This document shows, in pieces, positions 9,485 through 18,241 of a DNA stretch of 49,572 nucleotides. The notes under the pieces were generated by a model. That model did no database searches and had not been told where the DNA came from. It was given only the letters and a program-made list of their open reading frames with translations. The first letter of the stretch is position 1; every line of letters starts with the position of its first letter. The translations under genes and the position numbers were made by a program. This DNA comes from an uncultured Chthoniobacter sp. (lineage in GTDB: Bacteria; Verrucomicrobiota; Verrucomicrobiia; Chthoniobacterales; Terrimicrobiaceae), in the NCBI GenBank assembly GCA_964403605.1, contig CAYOGR010000001.1, forward strand, positions 1 through 49,572. Reading direction: 5' to 3'.

Positions 9485-10849
9485 CTAGACAACCTCCGCC
9501 GGGGCCCCTTCACGGCCGCGAAGGCGCATCAGGATCGGCAGTCCGGGAAACTCCCATTTATCCCGCAGGCGTGCGCAAAGGTAGTTCACATAGCTGTCGG
9601 GAATGAGTTTCGGATCGTTCACGAAGAGCACAAAAAGCGGAGGCTGGATCGGCGAGCGGGAGCTTTCCTTGGCCTGGGCGGCGTAGAGGATTTTAAAGCG
9701 CCGGTTGCCCCGCGTCGGCGGCGCCTGGCGTTCCATGGCGGCTTTCAACACGCGGTTGAGTTCGCCGGTTCCCGCTCGGCGCGTGGAGTGCTGGCGGACT
9801 TTTTCCACCATGGTGAAAAGGCGGCGCACATTCGCGCCGGTCAACGCCGACAGGATCACGACCGGGGCGTAGTGTAAAAAAAACAACTCCGCTCGGATGT
9901 GTTCGGTGTGTTCGCGGAGAAGCCCGGGATCCTTCTCCCGGCCTTTGGCCACGAGATCCCACTTGTTGAGCGCGATAATGGCGGGCTTTTTCGCCTCCTG
10001 GATCAGACCCGCGATTTTCTTGTCCTGGGAGGTCACGCCGCTGGTGGCGTCGATGACGAGGATGTTGATATCGGCCCGGCGGATCGTCTGCTCCGAGCGC
10101 ATCACGCTGAACACCTCCACCGAGGTGTTGTGCCTCGACCGGTGCCGGATGCCTGCGGTGTCGCACAGGATGTATTTTTGACCCTCGCGCTCGGCGAGGA
10201 CATCGACCGTGTCGCGCGTGGTGCCGGCGATCTCGCTGACCGTGCTGCGCTTGTCCTCCACGATGGCATTCACCAGCGAGGATTTCCCAACATTCGGGCG
10301 GCCGACCAGGGCGAGCTTCGGGATGATTTCACCATCGGGCTCGGGATCTGCGGAATCCGGCGGCACGAGAAAATCGATCAAATCGACAAGTTGGCCAATC
10401 CCGCGCCCATGCGCGGCGCTCACGGAGCAACTGTGCTCGAAACCCAGACGGGCGAAATCGTAGAAACGCGATTCATGCCCCTCGGTATCGACCTTGTTGA
10501 CTACGAGGATCACCGGTTTGGCGGAGGCGCGAATGGTGGTGGCCAGCTCGCCATCGAGGGGCGTCAACCCATCGATGGAATCCACAACAAACAAAATCGC
10601 GTCCGAGCTTTCCATGGCGATGAACGCCCCGTCCCGCGTGCTCTCGGCGAAATCGGGGTCGGGCTCCGAGCCGATGCCTCCGGTGTCGGTGATTTCGAAG
10701 GGCGCGAGACCGAGTTTGCAAATCGCGCCGATGCGGTCGCGGGTCACGCCGGGCTGGTCGTGGACAATGGAAATCCGGCGGCCGGCGAGGCGGTTGAAAA
10801 GGGCCGATTTGCCGACATTCGGTCGGCCGATGATAGCGACATGACGCAT
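9485..10849 (-). CDS. der: Ribosome-biogenesis GTPase Der (EngA), two GTPase domains plus KH-like domain
   Basis: Two G1 motifs (GRPNVGKSALFN and GRPNVGKSSLVN), DTGG and DTAG motifs, NKVD and NKWD motifs. Confidence 0.95.
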   Translation of the reverse strand: MRHVAIIGRPNVGKSALFNRLAGRRISIVHDQPGVTRDRIGAICKLGLAPFEITDTGGIGSEPDPDFAESTRDGAFIAMESSDAILFVVDSIDGLTPLDGELATTIRASAKPVILVVNKVDTEGHESRFYDFARLGFEHSCSVSAAHGRGIGQLVDLIDFLVPPDSADPEPDGEIIPKLALVGRPNVGKSSLVNAIVEDKRSTVSEIAGTTRDTVDVLAEREGQKYILCDTAGIRHRSRHNTSVEVFSVMRSEQTIRRADINILVIDATSGVTSQDKKIAGLIQEAKKPAIIALNKWDLVAKGREKDPGLLREHTEHIRAELFFLHYAPVVILSALTGANVRRLFTMVEKVRQHSTRRAGTGELNRVLKAAMERQAPPTRGNRRFKILYAAQAKESSRSPIQPPLFVLFVNDPKLIPDSYVNYLCARLRDKWEFPGLPILMRLRGREGAPAEVV

Positions 10850-10854
10850 GGTTT

Positions 10855-11424
10855 TTAGCTTGGTTTGGCGTGGTGGCGGAGCTGCCCAAGCCCGCGCATG
10901 AGGTAGTCGATGCCGCTAACGAGCGTGAACAGTCCCGCGACATAAACTGTGACGAGGTGGTGTGGAATCTGGAGCATCAGCCACGCGATGGCGAGCATTT
11001 GGAAAGCGGTGGCGGTTTTTCCGGTCCAACTCGGCTTCACCTCCAAGTGGTGGTCGAGCAGATACAAAACCCCGCAACCCGCGAGGATCACGGCGTCGCG
11101 GGCGATTACGAGGACAGGAAACCAGAGGGGAAAGGCGTGGTTCCACTGGCTGAGGCTCAGCGTGATGATGGCCGTGAGGAGAAGCCCCTTGTCGGCAATC
11201 GGGTCGAGGATGGCTCCGAGGCGGCTTCGCTGGTTCCAGTGGCGGGCGATGTAGCCGTCCAACCCATCCGTGATGGCAGCCAGAATGAAAACCGCGATCG
11301 CGGCGAGGCGCTGCCATTCCTGTGGCTGGCCGCGCGCCACGCTCTCGCCGTAATAAATGCAAAACAACACGAACACCGGAATCATCAGAATCCGGAAAAC
11401 CGTGAGTTGTGTGGCGAAGGTCAT
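10855..11424 (-). CDS. pgsA: CDP-diacylglycerol--glycerol-3-phosphate 3-phosphatidyltransferase (CDP-alcohol phosphatidyltransferase family)
   Basis: Signature DGLDGYIARHWNQRSRLGAILDPIADK in a 189-aa multi-TM protein. Confidence 0.85.
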   Translation of the reverse strand: MTFATQLTVFRILMIPVFVLFCIYYGESVARGQPQEWQRLAAIAVFILAAITDGLDGYIARHWNQRSRLGAILDPIADKGLLLTAIITLSLSQWNHAFPLWFPVLVIARDAVILAGCGVLYLLDHHLEVKPSWTGKTATAFQMLAIAWLMLQIPHHLVTVYVAGLFTLVSGIDYLMRGLGQLRHHAKPS

Positions 11425-11466
11425 CTGCCGCCAAGTTAGCTGCGGCGAAGCCTGGCGTAAACTCCC

Positions 11467-12039
11467 CTAAACCTGGGAGTCCAACAGAAGGCCTCTTTCG
11501 TCGGATGCGATTTCGCGCCATTTGCCGGGAGGCAGATCGCCCAGCTCCAGAGAACCGATCGCTGTTCGAATCAATCTCAGCGTGGGATGCCCGACTGCGG
11601 CGGTCATTCGGCGGACTTGGCGGTTTCTCCCCTCACGGAGGCGGAGCTTGATCCAAAAGTCCTCAACGGTTTTTCGGACGCGAACCGGGGGATCGCGGGG
11701 AGGAATGAACGGTTGCGGATCTAAAAGGATGGCCTCTGCAGGAAGGGTGGTGCGGCCGTCGAGAATCACGCCTTCACACAAACGCCGCAGGGCTTCCTGG
11801 CCGGGCAACCGTTCGACTAGGACGAGATAGGTTTTCGTCACATGGTGCTCGGGATCGAGAAGGCGTTTGTTCCATTGGGGCTCGTCGGACAAAAGAAGCA
11901 GCCCCTCGGAGTCGGCATCCAATCGACCGATCGGGTAGATGTTTTTCGGGAACGAAAAATCCGCGAGTGGGCGGTTGGGACTGCCGTCGGGCGTGAACTG
12001 CGACAAGACGCCGTAGGGTTTGTGAAAGGCGAGGATCAA
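11467..12039 (-). CDS. rluE: 23S rRNA pseudouridine synthase RluE-like (RsuA family, no S4 domain)
   Basis: ILAFHKPYGVLSQF...GRLDADSEGLLLLSD...REGRNRQVRRMTAAVGHPTLRLIR is collinear with E. coli RluE. Confidence 0.85.
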   Translation of the reverse strand: MILAFHKPYGVLSQFTPDGSPNRPLADFSFPKNIYPIGRLDADSEGLLLLSDEPQWNKRLLDPEHHVTKTYLVLVERLPGQEALRRLCEGVILDGRTTLPAEAILLDPQPFIPPRDPPVRVRKTVEDFWIKLRLREGRNRQVRRMTAAVGHPTLRLIRTAIGSLELGDLPPGKWREIASDERGLLLDSQV

Positions 12040-13067
12040 AGAACCTTCAAGCGCGTCAGATCCTGGGAATCGACCACACCAATGGGGTGGCTGTTTTCAT
12101 CGAGAACGACCAGATCGTCGATGCGGTGGCGTTCGAGGATTTGGAGCACCTCCGCCGCCAGCTTGTCGCCTTGGATCGTGATTGGTTTGAGCGTCATGAA
12201 ATCCCCCACGGGCCGCGTTCCGATGTGGGGATCCTCGGGAAAATGCCGCGCGAAGTCGCCGTGGGTGAAGATGCCGGCGAGCGAACCGTCCCCATGGACC
12301 ACCACAGCGGCGCCGGCGCGATGGGAGGTCATTGCCTGGATCGCCTCCAACACCGTGGCTGACGGCGAAATGATCGCGAGATCGTCCACGGGACGCATGA
12401 TTTGCCGCACCTTGAGAAGAAGGGACCGGCCAAGGCTTCCGCCGGGATGGAATTTCGCGAAGTCCTCCTTCCGGAATCCACGGCTCTCGAGCAGAACCAT
12501 CGCCAGCGCATCGCCAAGAACCAGCATCGCCGTGGTGCTGGAGGTCGGAGCGAGGTTGAGCGGACAGGCCTCCTGCGAGACGGAGACATCGAGCACGACC
12601 GCGGCCGATTTCGCGAGGGTGGAAGCGGTGTTTCCCGTCATGGCGATCACGGGCAATCCGAACCGGACGATGGCGGGTAAAATGGAAAGAAGTTCCTGGG
12701 TTTCTCCGCTATGGCTGAGGGCGAGAACGACATCCCCTTCCGCGACGATTCCGAGGTCGCCATGGAGGGCGTTGAGGGAATTCAGGACGACCGCTGTGGA
12801 GCCGGTGCTGGTGAGGGTCGCCGCGATTTTTTCACCGATGTGACCCGATTTTCCAACACCGAGGACGACGACCTTGTTACGGCGTTCGACGGCCGCCTTG
12901 ATGAGATCCACGGCTTGGATGAAACGCTCATCGAGCCGCGCGGCGACAGCCGAGGTTTCCGCGATTTCGGTTTCAAAGACGCGCCGGGCGCGCTCGAGAT
13001 AATCCATGGCGGGGATCATGGGGGAACCGCCTTGCCTCGCGCAAGGCCCGAGAGGCGGGACTACCAA
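12036..13067 (-). CDS. kpsF: Arabinose-5-phosphate isomerase KpsF/GutQ (SIS domain plus tandem CBS)
   Basis: VVLGVGKSGHIGEKIAATLTSTGSTAV (SIS) followed by two CBS-like repeats. The likely true start is internal (MIPAMDY at 13019). Confidence 0.9.
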   Translation of the reverse strand: MVVPPLGPCARQGGSPMIPAMDYLERARRVFETEIAETSAVAARLDERFIQAVDLIKAAVERRNKVVVLGVGKSGHIGEKIAATLTSTGSTAVVLNSLNALHGDLGIVAEGDVVLALSHSGETQELLSILPAIVRFGLPVIAMTGNTASTLAKSAAVVLDVSVSQEACPLNLAPTSSTTAMLVLGDALAMVLLESRGFRKEDFAKFHPGGSLGRSLLLKVRQIMRPVDDLAIISPSATVLEAIQAMTSHRAGAAVVVHGDGSLAGIFTHGDFARHFPEDPHIGTRPVGDFMTLKPITIQGDKLAAEVLQILERHRIDDLVVLDENSHPIGVVDSQDLTRLKVL

Positions 13068-14347
13068 CCGCGCCGCTCGACGGCATCAATGTGGAGAGTG
13101 ATCGGATCGCGGCGCGGCGGCACGGGATCCGGGCGGGTTTCCTCCACCAGAGGGTTGGCGGACTCGTCGATTTGCGTGGCCTCGAACCAATTCAAATAAT
13201 CACTGATCGCCTTTTGGCGTTCGACAAGAAGGACACGGATTTTTTCGATGTCCTCGATCCGTTGCTCCAACTTGGCTTTTGGTTTCGCCGCGAGAAGCAT
13301 GCTGATGTTCCGGTATTCCTCAACAACCGGGCGGAGGAGCGGGTGGGCGCGGAATTCGAGATTCATCAAATCGACCGATCGCTGGCGCATGAGAAAAGCC
13401 CCTCCTTGGGCGCGGGCAGCGAGCGGAAGGGCCGCCGGGCCGCTGGCTCCGGTGGAGTTTGGCTTTTTGGGATCGGCGGGAATCTCGAGATTCAGAATCG
13501 AAGCGAGCTCCTCGTTGGTTTTTTCGACCGTGAGCGAGGCCAACCGGGGGGGCATCGAGCTTCGCGCCAAGGCGAGCGTCCAGACTCTGGTGAGGCCCCG
13601 CAAATCCGGGGAGGCATCGGGAAACGCCGCCAAAAGCTCGACGGGATCGAGCGACTGCGATTTTTCCAGATAGTCGAGAAAACGCCTTTTAGAGGTTTTC
13701 GAACCTGCCAGCACTTTTACGAGGGCAAGCGCCTGGGCGCGGTAGAGCAGAAGCGAGGTCGCATCCAGACGCTCCGGGCGTTGCCTCAAAAAATCCCCCA
13801 GCGCCGGAGGTCGGTCACTGCGAATCAAGGCGGCATGAACCCCGTCGGGCACGGTTCCCCCACGGCGCCGGAGTTCCTCGCCCAATCCCTCGACCAGCCA
13901 ACCCGGCGGTTGGGCATAGGTTTTCCCCGGTTTCGGGGGATTCTTGCGGTGCATCGTCCACAGCGCGAGCGCTCGAAGAACCTCCGTCTCAAATTGCCCG
14001 GCGCGCATCGCCCAGGGTTCATGCAGGTCGAGCTGAACCTTCAATCCCCCGTCCTCCACCTCGAAAAGACTACACTGCGCGCCGCCGACTCCACGGGGCT
14101 TCGCGCCACGGGTTTTGTCGACAATGATCACCGGTTCCGCCGAAGAGGGTTTCACGCCCGTGGTTTTTTCCCACTCCTTGGCGGCATCCTCCGCCAGTCG
14201 CGCCAACCGCATTCGCGTTTCCCGGTTCGGCGAGTAAATGACAAACCCGCCGGTTTCCAGCGGCTTGCCAAGGGGCGATTGCGCAAGCAGGGACGGAGCC
14301 GCGAGCGCGACTAAAACGACCGTCAGCGGGAGGAGGAGGCGGGCCAT
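13061..14347 (-). CDS. Hypothetical secreted protein (signal peptide, no recognisable domain)
   Basis: N-terminus MARLLLPLTVVLVALAAPSLLAQSP looks like a Sec signal. Composition is protein-like, unlike the antisense ORF 13091..14314. Overlaps both neighbours on the same strand. Confidence 0.6.
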   Translation of the reverse strand: MARLLLPLTVVLVALAAPSLLAQSPLGKPLETGGFVIYSPNRETRMRLARLAEDAAKEWEKTTGVKPSSAEPVIIVDKTRGAKPRGVGGAQCSLFEVEDGGLKVQLDLHEPWAMRAGQFETEVLRALALWTMHRKNPPKPGKTYAQPPGWLVEGLGEELRRRGGTVPDGVHAALIRSDRPPALGDFLRQRPERLDATSLLLYRAQALALVKVLAGSKTSKRRFLDYLEKSQSLDPVELLAAFPDASPDLRGLTRVWTLALARSSMPPRLASLTVEKTNEELASILNLEIPADPKKPNSTGASGPAALPLAARAQGGAFLMRQRSVDLMNLEFRAHPLLRPVVEEYRNISMLLAAKPKAKLEQRIEDIEKIRVLLVERQKAISDYLNWFEATQIDESANPLVEETRPDPVPPRRDPITLHIDAVERRGW

Positions 14348-15114
14348 CGGACAACGATCCGCTTCGGTGAAACCTGGGCGGAATCGGCTTTTTGCAGGAT
14401 CGCGAGGGCATTTTCAAGCGAGGCGAAGCAGGGGCTCCAGAGCGGAAGGAGGAGTTGGGCCAGCGGCCCGGGAACCGGCAAACGCCCGAGCGCGGCATCC
14501 ACCACGCGAACCCCCAATCCCGAACCCTCCTGGACCGGGGCCAGGGTGATTCGCAGGAAAAGACTTCGGTCGTAAACCGCGACCTGCAGTGTGAAATCCA
14601 CCCGCCCCTCGCGCAGCGCGATATGACAACGCTCGTAGCCCACCTTCAGGCCGAGCGGATTTTCCACCGGACTCAACCGGACATTCGCCGCCAGGAAACG
14701 ATTGATCGCGACCTCGTCGGCCTGCCACGCCCCACCGGGGGTCTCGGAGGCAACGCGCAGGAAGTTCGCGAGCTGCGCCGACTCCCCGGCGGATGCTGGA
14801 GGAACCGGCCGTGGAATTTCCTCGGGAGGCTGCAGGATGAGGTAAACCGCGAAGCCCGCGGCCCCGAGCGCGAGAAGAATCACAAAGCGAAAAACAATCG
14901 TGGAAAAACGAGTGCCCGCCTGACGGAGTTTGGCGGGGGCCTTCAGGGCCTGTCGGTTGACAATCTGGGGAGCACTGGCTCCGGCGTTCTCCATCGCCTG
15001 CGCTGGCAGGCCGGGCTTGGAACCCGGGACGGGCGGGGGAAGGCGCTTGGCGCAGTTCAGGCAGAAGACCCGCGTGTCGTCGTTCTCCGTTTGACAAGCG
15101 CCGCAGATTTTCAT
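14323..15114 (-). CDS. Hypothetical zinc-ribbon membrane-anchored protein
   Basis: N-terminus MKICGACQTENDDTRVFCLNCAK has two CxxC pairs. One TM helix (FSTIVFRFVILLALGAAGFAVYLIL) precedes a C-terminal extracytoplasmic domain of about 170 aa. ATGA overlap with the upstream FmdB-type gene. Confidence 0.6.
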   Translation of the reverse strand: MKICGACQTENDDTRVFCLNCAKRLPPPVPGSKPGLPAQAMENAGASAPQIVNRQALKAPAKLRQAGTRFSTIVFRFVILLALGAAGFAVYLILQPPEEIPRPVPPASAGESAQLANFLRVASETPGGAWQADEVAINRFLAANVRLSPVENPLGLKVGYERCHIALREGRVDFTLQVAVYDRSLFLRITLAPVQEGSGLGVRVVDAALGRLPVPGPLAQLLLPLWSPCFASLENALAILQKADSAQVSPKRIVVRWPASSSR

Positions 15115-15440
15115 GTCGAAGCGGGCTTCGATTCAGCCTTCGGCGCGGGTTTGCTTTCCGCTGGTTTCGATTCGGTTTTGGGGGCCGTAGTGGAAGAGTC
15201 GCCACCCTCTTTTTTTGCGGCCTGCTTGTAGCCCTCACTGCGGTAGTCGGTGGTGTAGAAGCCGGAGCCTTTGAAGATCAACCCCGCGCCGGTGCCCAGC
15301 AGGCGCTTCACTTTTCCATGTCCCCAAGTCTCCATACGGCAAGCGGATTCGGGGCAGGTTTCAAAGGCTTTGTCCTTCATCGACTGGAAGGCCTCGAAGG
15401 TTTGACCGCATTTTTCACATTCGTAATCGTAGGTCGGCAT
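15111..15440 (-). CDS. FmdB-family zinc-ribbon protein (CxxC_CxxC_SSSS) with low-complexity Lys/Pro/Ser tail
   Basis: MPTYDYECEKCGQTFEAFQSMKDKAFETCP...FKGSGFYTTDY is the canonical FmdB ribbon. The tail has ESKPA-type repeats. The ATG at 15440 is chosen within track ORF 15111..15542. Confidence 0.85.
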   Translation of the reverse strand: MPTYDYECEKCGQTFEAFQSMKDKAFETCPESACRMETWGHGKVKRLLGTGAGLIFKGSGFYTTDYRSEGYKQAAKKEGGDSSTTAPKTESKPAESKPAPKAESKPAST

Positions 15441-15541
15441 ATCGCCGATGAAACTACCAACAACCCGCGCATTTCGGCAACAGGCAGTCACACGGGCAAA
15501 ATCTTCTTCGTGCGCGCGCCTTCGGCGGTAAGATTTGGACA

Positions 15542-16294
15542 ATGCACCTCAACGAAGCCGCTCGCTATCTCGATGATCTTCTCCGCATTCAGGAAATCGG
15601 AGACTACCCCCAGGCCATGAACGGTCTCCAAGTGGAAAACTCCGGCGGCATCTCCCGCATCGGCGCGGCGGTGGACGCCACGGAGGCCGTGATCAAGGAG
15701 GCCGCCGAGGCGCAGATCGACTTCCTGATCGTCCACCACGGGCTCTTCTGGAACGGCGCGCAACGCGTCACCGGCGCGAACTATCGTAAGACGAGGATTC
15801 TGATGGAGGCCGACATGGCTGTTTACAGCGCGCACCTGCCGCTCGATGTGCATCCCGGTATCGGCAACAACGCCCTGCTGGCCGCCGCGCTGGGACTCGA
15901 GGGGGGCGAGCCCTTTCACGAATCGTTCGGCCAAAAAATCGGACTGCGCTTCGAGGCCGAAATCAGCCGCGAGGTTCTGCGCGACCACCTTGAGCGGGCC
16001 GTTGGAGGAAATGTGCATCTCGCCCCGGGCGGGCCCGTTCTCGCCCGCCGGGTAGGAATCATAACCGGAGGAGCTGGCGGGGAAATCGCCAAAGCCGCTG
16101 CTGCGGGCATCGATACTTTCATCACCGGCGAGGGACCGCATTGGTCCTACACGCTCGCGGAGGAGCTGCAGGTGAATCTTTTCTACGCGGGCCACTACGC
16201 CACCGAAACCTTCGGAGTGAAAGCGGCGGCCGAACTCCTCGCCCGCAAGCTCGCCCTGCCCTGGCAATTCATCGACCACCCGACCGGGCTTTAG
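15542..16294 (+). CDS. Nif3-like dinuclear metal centre protein (YbgI / GTP cyclohydrolase 1 type 2 family)
   Basis: GDYPQAMNGLQVEN...DFLIVHHGLFW...AHLPLDVHP...GHYATETFG are typical NIF3 motifs. Confidence 0.9.
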   Translation: MHLNEAARYLDDLLRIQEIGDYPQAMNGLQVENSGGISRIGAAVDATEAVIKEAAEAQIDFLIVHHGLFWNGAQRVTGANYRKTRILMEADMAVYSAHLPLDVHPGIGNNALLAAALGLEGGEPFHESFGQKIGLRFEAEISREVLRDHLERAVGGNVHLAPGGPVLARRVGIITGGAGGEIAKAAAAGIDTFITGEGPHWSYTLAEELQVNLFYAGHYATETFGVKAAAELLARKLALPWQFIDHPTGL

Positions 16295-17327
16295 GCGAAA
16301 CCCCGGCCTCGATTCGCAGATCGCCGCCGATCCGCTTGTAAACGGGATTGGCGAGTTGGATGCCGTTTTTTCCACGACCGCCGACCGCAGAGGTGGCTCC
16401 TCCGAGCAAAACCGGAGCGACATAGAAGACCACCCGATCGACCAACCCGCGGTCGAACGCCTCGCCATGGGTGCGCCCCCCGCCCTCGATTAGAACATGC
16501 TGGACGCCGCGCTTTCCGAGATCACGCAGGACGGCTCGAAGGGACTTGCCTTGAAAAACCAGGGTTCGTTCCCGGAATTCATCGGTGAGAATTTTCGAGT
16601 CGGGCGGAATTTCCCCCGAGCGAGACCACACCACGCGCCAGGGCTGGCGGGCCTTCGGAACACCACGAAGTGTCAGATGAGGATCATCCACTCGAACCGT
16701 TTCGGCCCCGACGAGGATCGCGTCGCAGCGGGCCCGAAGCTTCATGGCATCGGCTCGGGCGGCCTCCGAGGTGATCCAACGGCGGTTTGGAAACGAGGCG
16801 ATGCGGCCGTCGAGGCTCATTCCCGCCTTGGCCGTGACGAAGGGGAGACCGGTGGCGATCCATTTGCTCCATGCCACATTGAGTTCCCGGCATTCGGACG
16901 CGAGCACGCCGGTGGAAACCTCGATCCCGGCTTCATTCAGAATTCTCACCGCCCGTCCCGCGTGGGAGGGGTTCGGGTCGGTCGCGCCGAAGACGACCCG
17001 GGAGATTCCTGCTTGAATGATCGCCGAGGTGCAAGGCGGCGTGCGACCTTGTGTGGAGCAAGGCTCCAGCGTGACATAGAGAGTGCATCCAGCGGAGCTG
17101 GAAGCATTCCGCAAAGCCTCCACCTCCGCATGGGGCTTTCCAGCAGCGCGGTGCCAACCCTTCGAAACCACCTTGCCGTTGCGAACCAAAACCGCCCCGA
17201 CGGCGGGATTCGGGGCTGTTTTTCCAATCCCCTTCCGCGCCTCGCGGATCGCGAGACGCATCATCGCCTCATCGCGCTCGCTTGCGGACATGGGCGGAGC
17301 GGCTGGCAGGCTTCGCGGCTTTCGCAA
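16269..17327 (-). CDS. ribD: Bifunctional riboflavin biosynthesis protein RibD (pyrimidine deaminase / uracil reductase)
   Basis: Deaminase zinc motifs HAEVEAL and PCSTQGRTPPC, followed by a reductase domain. The true start is probably internal (17291 or 17264), because 17327 would overlap the upstream gene by 59 nt. Confidence 0.9.
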   Translation of the reverse strand: MRKPRSLPAAPPMSASERDEAMMRLAIREARKGIGKTAPNPAVGAVLVRNGKVVSKGWHRAAGKPHAEVEALRNASSSAGCTLYVTLEPCSTQGRTPPCTSAIIQAGISRVVFGATDPNPSHAGRAVRILNEAGIEVSTGVLASECRELNVAWSKWIATGLPFVTAKAGMSLDGRIASFPNRRWITSEAARADAMKLRARCDAILVGAETVRVDDPHLTLRGVPKARQPWRVVWSRSGEIPPDSKILTDEFRERTLVFQGKSLRAVLRDLGKRGVQHVLIEGGGRTHGEAFDRGLVDRVVFYVAPVLLGGATSAVGGRGKNGIQLANPVYKRIGGDLRIEAGVSPKARSGGR

Positions 17328-18003
17328 GAAGGTCGAGTTCCTTCGTGGTGAGGGGGCGCCACGCGCCAGGAGGAAGTTTGAAATCCGAGAGAGGCCCCAT
17401 CCGGATCCGGCGCAGGCGCTCGACCTCGTAGCCGAGACGGTAAAGCATCAAGCGGATCTGGCGTTTGATGCCTTGTTTGAGCACGACGCGCAAGAGTCGG
17501 GGCCCGACAATCCGCACCGATTCAAAACGCCCACGCCCGCCTTCGATGTGGACGCCGCGAAGGAGCTTGGCGGTCAATTCGGGATCAAAGGCCTTGTCGA
17601 GTTCCACCTCGTATTCCTTTTCCACCCCGTGCGACGGATGCAAAAGTTTCTGGGCAAGCGCCCCGTCGTTCGTCATCAGCAGGACCCCTTCGCTCTCTTT
17701 GTCCAAACGACCCACATGAAAAAGATTTGTGTGACCCTCCTCGAGAAGGTCGTAAACCGTGCGACGACCCTGCTCGTCGGAACGGGTCACGACATAGCCA
17801 CGCGGTTTGTTGAGAAGAAGAGTAACCAGGGGAGCCGTATGGACGGGGCGACCTTTGACGCGAACATCGTCCCCCGGTTCCACGGTGGTGGCGAGGTTTT
17901 CGATCCGGTGGCCATTAATGACCACCACTCCGGAAGAGATTAAATCCTCGCAGGAACGCCGCGAGCCAAGGCCCGCAGCGGCTAAAAAACGGTTGAGCCG
18001 CAT
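17269..18003 (-). CDS. Pseudouridine synthase with N-terminal S4 domain (RsuA/RluB/RluF family)
   Basis: MRLNRFLAAAGLGSRRSCEDLI (S4), GRLDKESEGVLLMTNDG (catalytic Asp motif) and KRQIRLM. Confidence 0.9.
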   Translation of the reverse strand: MRLNRFLAAAGLGSRRSCEDLISSGVVVINGHRIENLATTVEPGDDVRVKGRPVHTAPLVTLLLNKPRGYVVTRSDEQGRRTVYDLLEEGHTNLFHVGRLDKESEGVLLMTNDGALAQKLLHPSHGVEKEYEVELDKAFDPELTAKLLRGVHIEGGRGRFESVRIVGPRLLRVVLKQGIKRQIRLMLYRLGYEVERLRRIRMGPLSDFKLPPGAWRPLTTKELDLLAKAAKPASRSAHVRKRAR

Positions 18004-18019
18004 GGAAAGCGGCGGCGGC

Positions 18020-18175
18020 CTATTCCTCGGGCTTGGTTTTAGGAAGGCCGATCACACGCTGGCCATCCTTGAACTGACCACGCTTGCGGAGGAGATCGAC
18101 ACGCTCGAAGCGCTTCAACACGCTGCGCTTGGCTTTGATGGCGCCTTTGCCTTTGAGACTGGGATGCTGGCTCAT
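18020..18175 (-). CDS. Small basic protein, 51 aa (below the ORF-track length cutoff)
   Basis: Hand translation of the reverse strand gives MSQHPSLKGKGAIKAKRSVLKRFERVDLLRKRGQFKDGQRVIGLPKTKPEE*. The codons are GC3-rich and 15 of 51 residues are Lys/Arg. It ends 16 nt upstream of the pseudouridine synthase. It resembles the 'small basic protein' family I recall from PVC bacteria; the family assignment is from memory. Confidence 0.6.
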   Translation of the reverse strand: MSQHPSLKGKGAIKAKRSVLKRFERVDLLRKRGQFKDGQRVIGLPKTKPEE

Positions 18176-18241
18176 AAATTAAAAATGGTTGGGTAGAATG
18201 GAGTCGAGCTCCACGGAAAGCAATCCCATTTCCGGAAAAAA

